Shown here piece after piece: positions 8,453 to 16,849 of a DNA stretch of 32,000 nucleotides; the stretch's first letter is position 1, and each line of letters opens with the position of its first letter. Made by a program: the position numbers and the translations under genes. The DNA is from an uncultured bacterium (lineage in GTDB: Bacteria > Auribacterota > JACPWU01): positions 164,189 to 196,188 of the forward strand of contig CAZXEQ010000003.1 of assembly GCA_964640155.1 (NCBI GenBank). The letters run 5' to 3'. A model generated the notes under the pieces. That model worked only from the letters and a program-made list of their open reading frames with translations, did no database searches and was not told the DNA's origin.

Positions 8453-10363
8453 ATGCAAACACCTTGTATTGAAATAAAAGCCTCTCTATTTGGAGGAATC
8501 ATTTTTCCCTCTGGCTCTTTACATGGTTCAAATGAGACAGTGAAAAAGGCATTACAGTTTGATGACAAGCCTCAACCAGTATTAACTTATGAAAGTGCCA
8601 CATGTCTGGTGTCGCAGTGGATATACACCAATCCAATGTTTCACAATGTAAAAGATTCTTCAACTTTTTTCTTTAAACAAGATCGCTATGTTATTGTGAC
8701 ATGGTCTCGACTAGACAATCGTTTTGAGATTGCATTAAAGCTTCATATTCATCCTCGGGAACTTTCGGATTTAACGGATGGGGATCTTATCCTTAAAACC
8801 TATCTCCGTTTTGGCTCTGAGTGTGCAAAACACTTGGTCGGTGATTTTGCTTTCGTTATCTACGACACAGTAGAGTGTACAACTTATTGTGCGAGAGATC
8901 CTATAGGAATACGTCCATTTTTTTATGCTCAAGCAGGAGATATTTTAATTTTTGCTACACATATGTCGTTCTTTCATAAGATACCATTTTTTAAATCTGA
9001 AATAGATGAACTGTGGCTTTCCAGATTTATCTTAAATACTTATTTTAATTCTAGAGAGACAACGTGCTGTACCAATATTAAGAAATTGTTGCCAGGGCAT
9101 GTTTTAACATATCGTCATCAACAAATTCAAATAACGAGGTATCATGATTTTGATCCCGATAAGACTCTTTCCTTAAAAGATAAGCGCGATTATATAGAAA
9201 TTTACCAAGATACTTTAAAGCAAGCAGTGAGTTGCCGGCTTTCTCAAAATAAAATAATAGGGGCAGAACTTAGTGGAGGATTAGACTCTACATCTGTTAT
9301 TGGCGTTGCTTTAGAATGTGATCCTGATCTGTATCAGACATTGCATACCTTTGGCCACGATAAACTGGATTTCGATGGTATTTATATGGATGAAGCACTT
9401 TCTTATTGGAAGCTTCAAGGCCCCCATCACCGTTTTCAGAATGACGAAATGATGGAACATTATCGTAATATTCCTGAAACCATTGCGTTACTTGGACAGC
9501 CAGAGCAAGGAGGTATGGCCTCTTATCATATTCCATTTTATAGATTGGCTGAGAAAAAAGGCATTCAGGTATTGCTTTCGGGTTTTGGAGGAGATGAGGT
9601 CGTAACTCATCAGACAGGATTTGTAATTTTAGAGTTATTATCCAAAGGCCAATTCAAGAAAGCTTGGCAGGCTTTACCGGGACCATTTATAGAAAAAATA
9701 CTTAGATTTTTTAAATATTGCGCTAGTTTAAGTTGTTATGAATTCATCCATCAACGCTATTATCAGTCTTTATTAAAAGAGGTTAAAGATAGGCTTGCTT
9801 ATATGCCTTTGGCAACACCGTGGAAAGAAAAATTCCTTTTAATAAAACCGCACTTTAATGAGGCCAAAATAAGAAGCGGCATATGTGTAAATCAAGAATG
9901 CTTACAAAAACTCTTTCAGCCTGCATTGACAGCTCGGTTAGAAGCTTCTTCGGTTTTAGCTGCAGCTTACAAAATAGAATATGTCTGGCCTCTTCTAGAT
10001 GTGAGACTCATTGAATTATTTTTATCGATTCCTTCAGAGTACAAGTGGTTTCAAGGAATAGCGCGTTATTTGCACCGAGAAGCTATGATAGGTAAAATTC
10101 CTGAAAGAATTCGACAGTCCCTGACAAAGTATATGGGGAAAATGAAATATTCGTCTTCTATATACTCTATAGCCGAGGTCAATGATTTTTTTTGCAGAAC
10201 GTTTCCCCCTTCTTTTAATAAAATGATAGATGTTAAACGACTGAATAAATTAGATTGTCTTAATCGGACTCAGATTAAAACTAAAGAGAGTAAACCTTTT
10301 GTATATGAGAGCATTCTTCATCGTTGTATGCAATTAGATCAGTGGTTGAATGATTGCGTTTAG
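8453..10363 (+). CDS. Lasso peptide cyclase C1 (asparagine synthetase B-like isopeptide-bond-forming enzyme)
   Basis: It has an Asn-synthase-type adenylation signature, GAELSGGLDSTSV (SGGLDS PP-loop), and LLSGFGGDEV. An N-terminal GATase-like domain lacks Cys2, as in McjC-type enzymes. It is a close paralog of 17939..19846. The first ATG in the ORF is at 8453. The track start at 8360 is a GTG inside the divergent neighbour. Confidence 0.85.
   Translation: MQTPCIEIKASLFGGIIFPSGSLHGSNETVKKALQFDDKPQPVLTYESATCLVSQWIYTNPMFHNVKDSSTFFFKQDRYVIVTWSRLDNRFEIALKLHIHPRELSDLTDGDLILKTYLRFGSECAKHLVGDFAFVIYDTVECTTYCARDPIGIRPFFYAQAGDILIFATHMSFFHKIPFFKSEIDELWLSRFILNTYFNSRETTCCTNIKKLLPGHVLTYRHQQIQITRYHDFDPDKTLSLKDKRDYIEIYQDTLKQAVSCRLSQNKIIGAELSGGLDSTSVIGVALECDPDLYQTLHTFGHDKLDFDGIYMDEALSYWKLQGPHHRFQNDEMMEHYRNIPETIALLGQPEQGGMASYHIPFYRLAEKKGIQVLLSGFGGDEVVTHQTGFVILELLSKGQFKKAWQALPGPFIEKILRFFKYCASLSCYEFIHQRYYQSLLKEVKDRLAYMPLATPWKEKFLLIKPHFNEAKIRSGICVNQECLQKLFQPALTARLEASSVLAAAYKIEYVWPLLDVRLIELFLSIPSEYKWFQGIARYLHREAMIGKIPERIRQSLTKYMGKMKYSSSIYSIAEVNDFFCRTFPPSFNKMIDVKRLNKLDCLNRTQIKTKESKPFVYESILHRCMQLDQWLNDCV
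8810..8869. repeat. 60-nt perfect inverted repeat, copy 1 (inside cyclase C1)
   Basis: tttggctctgagtgtgcaaaacacttggtcggtgattttgctttcgttatctacgacaca is the exact reverse complement of 19454..19513. It encodes FGSECAKHLVGDFAFVIYDT in both paralogs. Confidence 0.9.
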
Positions 10364-10378
10364 ATTTGGTGTAAATAA

Positions 10379-11008
10379 TCAATTGCTAAAAGTATAATGA
10401 AAGAGCGATATGTCTTTTTGATATAGATCTGCAATTCTGTTTCGTAGCTCATCGTCATAATAATTGAAATAGGGGAGGTGTTCTGACTTGTTGATAATAT
10501 TGAGTGTTTCGGTAGGGATGCCTATTTTTTTACAGGCAAGGTCGTAAGATTCTTGGAGATTTTCCTGGCGACAAATATAATCAATCATAAGTGCATCCGA
10601 AGTATCAGTGATAAATTGGTATTGTGGAGCAAATAAGATTCTCTTTTGATGGACTGAATCTTTTGCAATTTTTTTTAGAGTGAGTAAAGTATTCTTTTTT
10701 AAAATGTCGGTGTTTCTATACATAAAAAAGACATAAGAGATGAATCTGTCCCATGGATTACGTACACAAGCAAATTTAAAGTAAGAATTCCAAATATTTT
10801 CTCCCACGGCTTTTTTTATTTCATTTGCTGAAATATGACCATGGTTAATGCTGGCAATTTCTTTATAAGGTGCTTTTTTTTTAACGAAGAGTCCTACCTG
10901 TTCTATATCATCTTTTGCTAGGTGCTTTCTTAAAGCAAAACGAATGGCATGAGTACCTGTTTTAGGAATAGCAATAAAAATAAATTTGTACTTGTGTGAG
11001 ATGATCAT
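10379..11008 (-). CDS. Sulfotransferase (Sulfotransfer_2/carbohydrate-sulfotransferase-like family)
   Basis: It has a 5'-PSB-type loop, IPKTGTHAIRF, and a VRNPWDRFISY motif, both characteristic of PAPS-dependent sulfotransferases of the PF03567 type. Its start has an ATGA overlap with the upstream hydroxylase gene. Confidence 0.7.
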   Translation of the reverse strand: MIISHKYKFIFIAIPKTGTHAIRFALRKHLAKDDIEQVGLFVKKKAPYKEIASINHGHISANEIKKAVGENIWNSYFKFACVRNPWDRFISYVFFMYRNTDILKKNTLLTLKKIAKDSVHQKRILFAPQYQFITDTSDALMIDYICRQENLQESYDLACKKIGIPTETLNIINKSEHLPYFNYYDDELRNRIADLYQKDISLFHYTFSN

Positions 11009-11583
11009 TGATTGGAAGGTATCTCTAAATATTCAAAGATAAGATGGATTCTGTCACAATTTCCATCATTCTTCACAGCATGCAGTGTTGCGTTATTAAC
11101 TTCATAGGCATATCCCTCTTTTAGATTATATTTTTTAGAGGATTGAAAGAACCAGGCATCAGGGTTAGTTTGAATAGGGATATGTATTTTATGAGGCCTG
11201 TTCTGTAAAATATTTCCATCAATATGTGGTGGGATTTTTGCGCCGGGAGGTAATTTCGCGAGCATAACCCTAGGATAAAAACCATTTGTATAACCATAAT
11301 GTTGAGTCACCTCATTCATTACGGGTAATAGTTTGTCTTTCCATTTATCCCATACAGGTAGATCAAAATAGGTGATAGGCACCTGTTTTTTATTAGAAAA
11401 TTTAAAAATGATATGCTGAGTTTGTTTTAAAACCCCATCTTTATTGTAATTCGCTTTTTCTGAATCCGTGTCGTTCCAATCGTTTTTCGGGATGGTTAGG
11501 ATATGATCTTTAATAGAGGAAATATTGATTTTACAGATTTCGAGTATTTCTTTTGTTTTTTTTGTGTTTATTTCTAGTTTCAT
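11005..11583 (-). CDS. Aspartyl/asparaginyl beta-hydroxylase-like Fe(II)/2-oxoglutarate oxygenase
   Basis: It has the pattern IPPHIDGN...RPHKIHIPIQT...NNATLHAVKNDGNCDRIHLIFEY, which is typical of the Asp_Arg_Hydrox cupin family (HxD...H facial triad). Confidence 0.7.
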   Translation of the reverse strand: MKLEINTKKTKEILEICKINISSIKDHILTIPKNDWNDTDSEKANYNKDGVLKQTQHIIFKFSNKKQVPITYFDLPVWDKWKDKLLPVMNEVTQHYGYTNGFYPRVMLAKLPPGAKIPPHIDGNILQNRPHKIHIPIQTNPDAWFFQSSKKYNLKEGYAYEVNNATLHAVKNDGNCDRIHLIFEYLEIPSNQ

Positions 11584-11680
11584 AAAGTTTATTGATTTTT
11601 TTATTGTATTTAAATAAAGTATGATAATATTATATGAAATATGGTATTGTTTATTTTTAATTTAAGAAAGGCCTAAAATA

Positions 11681-11836
11681 ATGAGCTTAAATGAATCTCA
11701 TAAAAATGATCCCGGGCTTATAGTAAAGAAAGAACTTTGGCAATCTCCAAAGCTTCTTTATCTTAATTTGGATGGAACTGAGTCAGGTCCTACTTATCAC
11801 ATGGGCTACGAAGATGCAATGTATGTCTCTCACTAA
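11681..11836 (+). CDS. Candidate lasso peptide precursor A1 (51 aa, not in the ORF track): MSLNESHKNDPGLIVKKELWQSPKLLYLNLDGTESGPTYHMGYEDAMYVSH
   Basis: This is a hand translation. The ATG at 11681 is the first ATG after an in-frame TAA (11663), with GAAAGG 9 nt upstream. The leader carries an aromatic-xx-P-x-L motif (WQSPKL) and a Thr near the cleavage site, as in lasso leaders. The proposed core is GPTYHMGYEDAMYVSH (Gly1, Glu9 ring acceptor). The leader block is homologous to the second small ORF at 17635..17790. Confidence 0.75.
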   Translation: MSLNESHKNDPGLIVKKELWQSPKLLYLNLDGTESGPTYHMGYEDAMYVSH

Positions 11837-11993
11837 TCATGTTTTTTAAAATGATATTTAATTTTTTTGAAGCACGGCCATCCTGTTTTTTTTCTATTGT
11901 GTACTCACAAAAATAATTCTTTTTCTTCTTCTTTTATAAAGCAGCGAATCTCATTTTAAGATTAGATTAAATTACAAGAAAAACTGAAATTTC

Positions 11994-12974
11994 TTAGATA
12001 AATTCAATTTCCTTTAGCAAGGTGGCAAGATGTTCTTGCGAGAAGTGTTGAATGCCTCTAGGAATATTTGCTTCATAGATAGGGACTCGTTTTACGATGG
12101 ATATAATCATTTTAAGCTGATGCCTTACAAGCTCTCTGGCTTGCCAGGGAATTCTGGGATAATGGTTAAGATGAATAACAGCCTCACTGGCTTTTAGCCG
12201 TCTTACAGTCAAATTTTTAAATTTGATAGATAACCGAGGAATGACAATAGTTTTGAGAGTAGGGTATTCGTTTAAACTGCTAGAAACACGTACGATAAAT
12301 CGTTTATCTGCAGATATTCCGATGAGAGTTTCCGGAAAAAGTTTTGCAACGTTTTCAGCATTGGGGCGTAATCGAATTTCTGATGTTCCTGGAAAGCAAC
12401 TTACCGTGTTTTTGTAAAATTTAAGACGAAGTGTATCATCCGTAATTAGCCTAGCTCCATTTGAACATAGAAGGGCGGCTAAAGTAGATTTTCCCATTCC
12501 TGAATTTCCTACAAAAGCAAGAGCTGTATTTTTAATTTCTACTGCACTTGCATGCAATACAGTATGTCCTTGTAGGGTAAGAATGAAAGTAATAACATTT
12601 CCTGAGATGAGCAGGGGAATAATGTCAGGGTCCGCATGGGGGGTAAGGTGAACGTGTATATGCCGACATTCGAAATCCATTCTGAATTCACAAAAATCAT
12701 GATAACGCAAAATATAACCCGTAGCGGTTTGTGTATATATATAACCTTTTCCATTTTTATAAGAAAATTTTGCAAGAATCTGGCCTTCCTGTAGTGTGCT
12801 TGAAAAGTTACAGTTCTCACCCCAATAGATATTTAGATCTTCAAGCGAATTATCATTATAAATAGGTGTTCCAAGAGGAATTTCAGATCGAATGGATAAA
12901 CCATAGAGCTTATAGGTGGGATAAGATTTTAGTTTTTTATTGGCTTTTAAAGGATCTGCTTGGATTTGAGGCAT
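11994..12974 (-). CDS. HPr kinase/phosphorylase C-terminal-domain-like kinase K1 (lasso precursor kinase family)
   Basis: It has the P-loop FVGNSGMGKSTLAALL followed by LITDDT, as in HPrK/P and paeninodin-type lasso kinases. The ATG at 12974 is preceded by GAGAGGAAA. From there the N-terminus (...YKLYGLSIRSEIPL) aligns with paralogs K2 and K3. The longer ORF extending to 13037 is possible. Confidence 0.8.
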   Translation of the reverse strand: MPQIQADPLKANKKLKSYPTYKLYGLSIRSEIPLGTPIYNDNSLEDLNIYWGENCNFSSTLQEGQILAKFSYKNGKGYIYTQTATGYILRYHDFCEFRMDFECRHIHVHLTPHADPDIIPLLISGNVITFILTLQGHTVLHASAVEIKNTALAFVGNSGMGKSTLAALLCSNGARLITDDTLRLKFYKNTVSCFPGTSEIRLRPNAENVAKLFPETLIGISADKRFIVRVSSSLNEYPTLKTIVIPRLSIKFKNLTVRRLKASEAVIHLNHYPRIPWQARELVRHQLKMIISIVKRVPIYEANIPRGIQHFSQEHLATLLKEIEFI

Positions 12975-13229
12975 TAATTTCCTCTCTTGAAGATTAAGTG
13001 GTGTGTAGAATTTATCTGTCTTTTTTAAAGAAGTCAATACACAATGGGTTTGTCAAATAAGATTAAAGTTATTATACAAAAGAACGCTTAAGATGAAGCG
13101 AGGCGGCATTTAGTTTATGCTTCTTACCGAGAGATTGCATATATACAGAAAACTTATTTCTTGTTGAATACAAGTAGATTCATATTTAAAATTGTGGCTT
13201 AGTAAAATAGGGGGTTGTGGGTGAAATAC

Positions 13230-14150
13230 ATGAACTATAAAGCTTTTGGATTAATCCTATCGTCTTCTTTGTCTTTACCTTTTATTGAAGTATCTTCAGA
13301 AACTGTACCCGACTGTCTTATTTCAATAGGGGAAGTTCCTTCTCCTATTGACATCCCGTCATTAAAGTCTCTCGGTTTGTGTGTATATGTCAATTCAGAA
13401 AATGTAGTTGTTGATGTAGAAGGTGTTGCTCGTTTTCATTGCCAATTGAATAAGATTATTGTACAGACTTTGGGTGCGTGTGAGGCAGGCGTGATTGCTT
13501 TTCTAGTATATTCAGCCTTACCCTATTGGCTATTGTTGAGAGGACAGATGGTGCTTAGAGGTTGTGCGATTACTTGGGACGGAGTTCACAGCCAATTATG
13601 GTTATCTCATTCAGGGGTAGGGAGCTCGACTTTTGCAGCTTATGCGGTACAACGAGGAGCAAAACTTTTAAGTGATCATCTTTGTGTGATAGGTTTTAAC
13701 GAGAAAAAAATTAGTACAGTACAAAGTGGGATTTCCCAAATAAAATTATGGCAAGATGCCTTAAATCAGTTGCAGATTAAGAGTGCATCTTTAGCTCCTA
13801 TTCGGTCTGGACTGATGCAGTTTTTATGGGATGTAACAGAAAATTTTTATCATCAATCCTTGCCCATTTCTCAAGTTATAAGCTTGAGTGTTTCCAATGA
13901 TGTGAAGGATAATGGATTGAAAAAGTTTTTAGGTTTAGAGAAAATAAAATATTTGAGCGCTTACAATTATTGTCATACATTTGGAGATGTTTTGTTGAAG
14001 AAGACTTTTCAGGCCCCTCTCTTGGTAGCCTTAGCTAATCAAGTAGCAGTTTATTCGTTTACTCGCTTGAGTGGACAGAAAATAGGTGATGGAGTGAATA
14101 ACACGATGGATGAGATTTTTCCTTTCTTTAAGGAGTCTGTCCTTGCTTAA
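13230..14150 (+). CDS. HPr-kinase-like paralog K2 with a degenerate P-loop (putative pseudokinase)
   Basis: The N-terminus MNYKAFGLILSS aligns with K3 (MNAYRAFGLNILS). The P-loop position reads LSHSGVGSSTF (GKS changed to GSS). The following ADD/TDD position reads SDH. Alternative starts are GTG 13221 (GGGGG 6 nt upstream) and TTG 13215. Confidence 0.7.
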   Translation: MNYKAFGLILSSSLSLPFIEVSSETVPDCLISIGEVPSPIDIPSLKSLGLCVYVNSENVVVDVEGVARFHCQLNKIIVQTLGACEAGVIAFLVYSALPYWLLLRGQMVLRGCAITWDGVHSQLWLSHSGVGSSTFAAYAVQRGAKLLSDHLCVIGFNEKKISTVQSGISQIKLWQDALNQLQIKSASLAPIRSGLMQFLWDVTENFYHQSLPISQVISLSVSNDVKDNGLKKFLGLEKIKYLSAYNYCHTFGDVLLKKTFQAPLLVALANQVAVYSFTRLSGQKIGDGVNNTMDEIFPFFKESVLA

Positions 14151-15924
14151 AGAACACCCTTTTGTTCTATACCTTCAATCACTGATTCGTTTTTCTCCTG
14201 CACGGTTTATTCTTGGATGTCTGTTGAATATTACCAATACTTTTTTATCAGGGTTAGGCATGCTGATGCTTATTCCTCTATTACATTATTCAGGATGGCT
14301 ATCTCAGACAACTTTTCATGAAAATCAGTTTATGCAGGTCTTGACTTGGTTGCCGCATTTTCAGGGACAATGGCCTCTTTTTATAACTTTATTGTTGTTT
14401 GTGGTCTTAATGGGAATAACTGCTTTGGTGCAATATAATACGAGTTTTATGCAGAATAGATTGATGCAAGAATATTTATTTGTTCTACGTGAGAAATTTA
14501 ATAGAAGCATTGCACATAGTCGATGGGATTTTTTGTTAAAGCAGAAACTTAAGCATGTCGAACATATGCTAACGGTGGGGTTACAACAAGTTAGTACATT
14601 GACTTATTTCTCCTTAAATTTAATCAGTGATGCCATTGTTGTATCCATCTATTTTTTATTTTCATGGTGGGTTGACTTTCGATTGACTCTTGTTGCAACG
14701 GGATGTGCTTTCAGTCTATTGTTTCTTCTTAGGAAGCACAAAGCGATATTAACAGGACAACAAACTTTTTTTCTGAATCGTAAAATGCAAGAATCTTTCG
14801 GTCTTTTTTTAGATGGGGTAAAACTAGCCAAAAGTTATAATCAGGTTTCAAATTATCTTAAAAATTATACAGTGTCGGACTTGGAGTTTAAGCAGTCTCA
14901 ATTAGATTTTTTCCGTAATCAACAGACGATTCAGCTGCTCTTTAAGTTAATCAGTGCAGGACTTTTTGCTTTTATTTTTTATGTTGCAGTTCAGGTTTTT
15001 CATATCTCAATGATTTCTATGCTTGCCTTGCTAATGATTTACGCTAGATTGTTGCCTCGTATTTCGGGTCTACAGCAGAATTATCTTCGTACTATGAATG
15101 TGGCCCCAGTTTTTCATGAATTATCTTCAATGAAAAGGGGATTTGATGAAGCGCAGGAGAAACAAGAGTCTATAGACCAGCTTTTGACATTTGAACAATC
15201 AATCACTTTTAATCATATCAGTTTTTATTATGATGATTTTGCTGCTTTAAAATCGGTGAATTGTCAGTTTTTTAAAAATACAACGACAGCCATTGTAGGC
15301 AGATCAGGTGCAGGTAAATCAACTTTAGCAGATTTGCTGTTGGGTTTATTGATTCCTAGCAATGGAGTTATTATGTTGGATGGGAAGACTCTTGCAGAGT
15401 CTCAATTAAAAGAATGGCGTAAATACATTAGTTACGTTCCTCAAGAAACCTATTTTTTTAATGATACTTTGCGGGCAAATTTGCTTTGGGCTGTTCCGGA
15501 TGCCAGTAATCAAGAGTTATGGAAGTCCTTAGAGCAGGCTGCTGCGGCTGAGTTTGTAGCGAAATTACCTCAGGGTTTGGATACTTTTATTGGAGATCGA
15601 GGCATTCATTTGTCGGGTGGAGAAAGGCAGCGTATTGCTATTGCTCGGGCGTTACTGAGAGAGCCTAAAGTTTTGCTGCTAGACGAAGCAACCAGTTCTC
15701 TGGATACTTATAATGAAGAATTGATTTTTAAAACTTTACAATCTTTGAAGGGGACGATGACAATAATTATTATTGCTCATCGTTTAAGTACGATTCGAAT
15801 TGCGGATCATGTTTTAGTTTTAGATCAAGGGCATCTAATTGAACATGGGACTTCGAGTAAACTTTTTGAAAATCAACAATCATATTTTAATCTTTTATTT
15901 GCAAGTCAGATTATTAATTCTTAA
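14110..15924 (+). CDS. ABC transporter, fused permease/ATP-binding protein (McjD-like lasso peptide exporter)
   Basis: The N-terminal half has about 6 hydrophobic segments. Walker A is GRSGAGKST, the signature is LSGGERQR, Walker B is LLLDEATS and the H-loop is IIAHRLST. An alternative TTG start at 14143 lies behind AAGGAG. Confidence 0.9.
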   Translation: MRFFLSLRSLSLLKEHPFVLYLQSLIRFSPARFILGCLLNITNTFLSGLGMLMLIPLLHYSGWLSQTTFHENQFMQVLTWLPHFQGQWPLFITLLLFVVLMGITALVQYNTSFMQNRLMQEYLFVLREKFNRSIAHSRWDFLLKQKLKHVEHMLTVGLQQVSTLTYFSLNLISDAIVVSIYFLFSWWVDFRLTLVATGCAFSLLFLLRKHKAILTGQQTFFLNRKMQESFGLFLDGVKLAKSYNQVSNYLKNYTVSDLEFKQSQLDFFRNQQTIQLLFKLISAGLFAFIFYVAVQVFHISMISMLALLMIYARLLPRISGLQQNYLRTMNVAPVFHELSSMKRGFDEAQEKQESIDQLLTFEQSITFNHISFYYDDFAALKSVNCQFFKNTTTAIVGRSGAGKSTLADLLLGLLIPSNGVIMLDGKTLAESQLKEWRKYISYVPQETYFFNDTLRANLLWAVPDASNQELWKSLEQAAAAEFVAKLPQGLDTFIGDRGIHLSGGERQRIAIARALLREPKVLLLDEATSSLDTYNEELIFKTLQSLKGTMTIIIIAHRLSTIRIADHVLVLDQGHLIEHGTSSKLFENQQSYFNLLFASQIINS

Positions 15925-15936
15925 TAAGGATCGATC

Positions 15937-16821
15937 ATGAAACAAGATCTTCCTCTTATTTGGTTGGCCTCCTATCCTAAGTCTGGGAATACATGGTTTC
16001 GCGTTTTTTTAGCTAATTTGCTTCAAGAGGAAAAAGATAAAGTAATACCTGTTTCTATTAATCAATTAATGGTGGGGCAGATTGCAAGCAGTCGAGCGGC
16101 TTTTGATCAAGTTTATGGAATTGATTCAAGCCTTTTAACCTTAGAAGAAATTGATGCGAAACGTCCAAAGCTGTATAAAAAATGGGTAAATTTAGATAAT
16201 GATAAAACTCGCTTTCATAAAGTTCATGATGCGTATACTTTCTTGCCAAATGGCGACCCCCTCTTAGGAAATCCAAGTCAACAAAAAGCTTTGTATTTTA
16301 TTCGCAATCCTTTAGATGTAGCAGTATCATTTGCTTATCATAGTGGTTATACGGATATGAATAAAATGATTGAGAAGATGAATGAGGTCTCCTATGCTTT
16401 TTGTCACCGTAAAATCTGTTTTTATTCTCAACTACGTCAACAATTATTAAGTTGGCATGAGCATGTTTTGAGTTGGATTGATCAGTGTAAAATGCCTGTT
16501 CATGTGATGAGATATGAAGATATGGTGAATGATCCTATCTCAATTTTTTATAAAGCTATACAATTTATAGGTTTATCTCAGAGTGTTTTGGATGTCGAAA
16601 AAGCATTAGAATTAAGCTCTTTTTCTAATTTACAGAGTCAAGAAGCTCAAGAAGGTTTTAAGGAAAAGTCTCCGAAAACAAAAGCATTTTTTCGTAAAGG
16701 TAAGATTGGTTCATACCGTGAGTCATTAACACAAGAGCAGATTGAATCTTTAATTCAGGCTCATGCCAAGGTTATGCACCGTTTTGGCTATCTTGACAAC
16801 ACTGGAGCACCTGTGTTTTAA
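15937..16821 (+). CDS. Sulfotransferase (Sulfotransfer_1, cytosolic PAPS-dependent type)
   Basis: It has the 5'-PSB motif SYPKSGNTWFRVFL and the 3'-PB motif FFRKGKIGSYRE. AAGGA lies 8 nt upstream of the ATG. Confidence 0.85.
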   Translation: MKQDLPLIWLASYPKSGNTWFRVFLANLLQEEKDKVIPVSINQLMVGQIASSRAAFDQVYGIDSSLLTLEEIDAKRPKLYKKWVNLDNDKTRFHKVHDAYTFLPNGDPLLGNPSQQKALYFIRNPLDVAVSFAYHSGYTDMNKMIEKMNEVSYAFCHRKICFYSQLRQQLLSWHEHVLSWIDQCKMPVHVMRYEDMVNDPISIFYKAIQFIGLSQSVLDVEKALELSSFSNLQSQEAQEGFKEKSPKTKAFFRKGKIGSYRESLTQEQIESLIQAHAKVMHRFGYLDNTGAPVF

Positions 16822-16849
16822 TCTCAATCATTAGCAGGGGGGCTTAGTT

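Noticed and set aside
11837-11993. A T8 run (ccatcctgtttttttt) downstream of precursor A1, considered as an intrinsic terminator
   Set aside because: I could not find a convincing GC-containing stem immediately upstream of the T-run, so only a weak or no hairpin is present. This needs RNA folding or Term-seq before it can be called.
13038-13229. The divergent spacer between K1 and K2, scanned for small ORFs (MGLSNKIKVIIQKNA, MKRGGI)
   Set aside because: The ORFs are very short, have no RBS and show no resemblance to the two precursor leaders.
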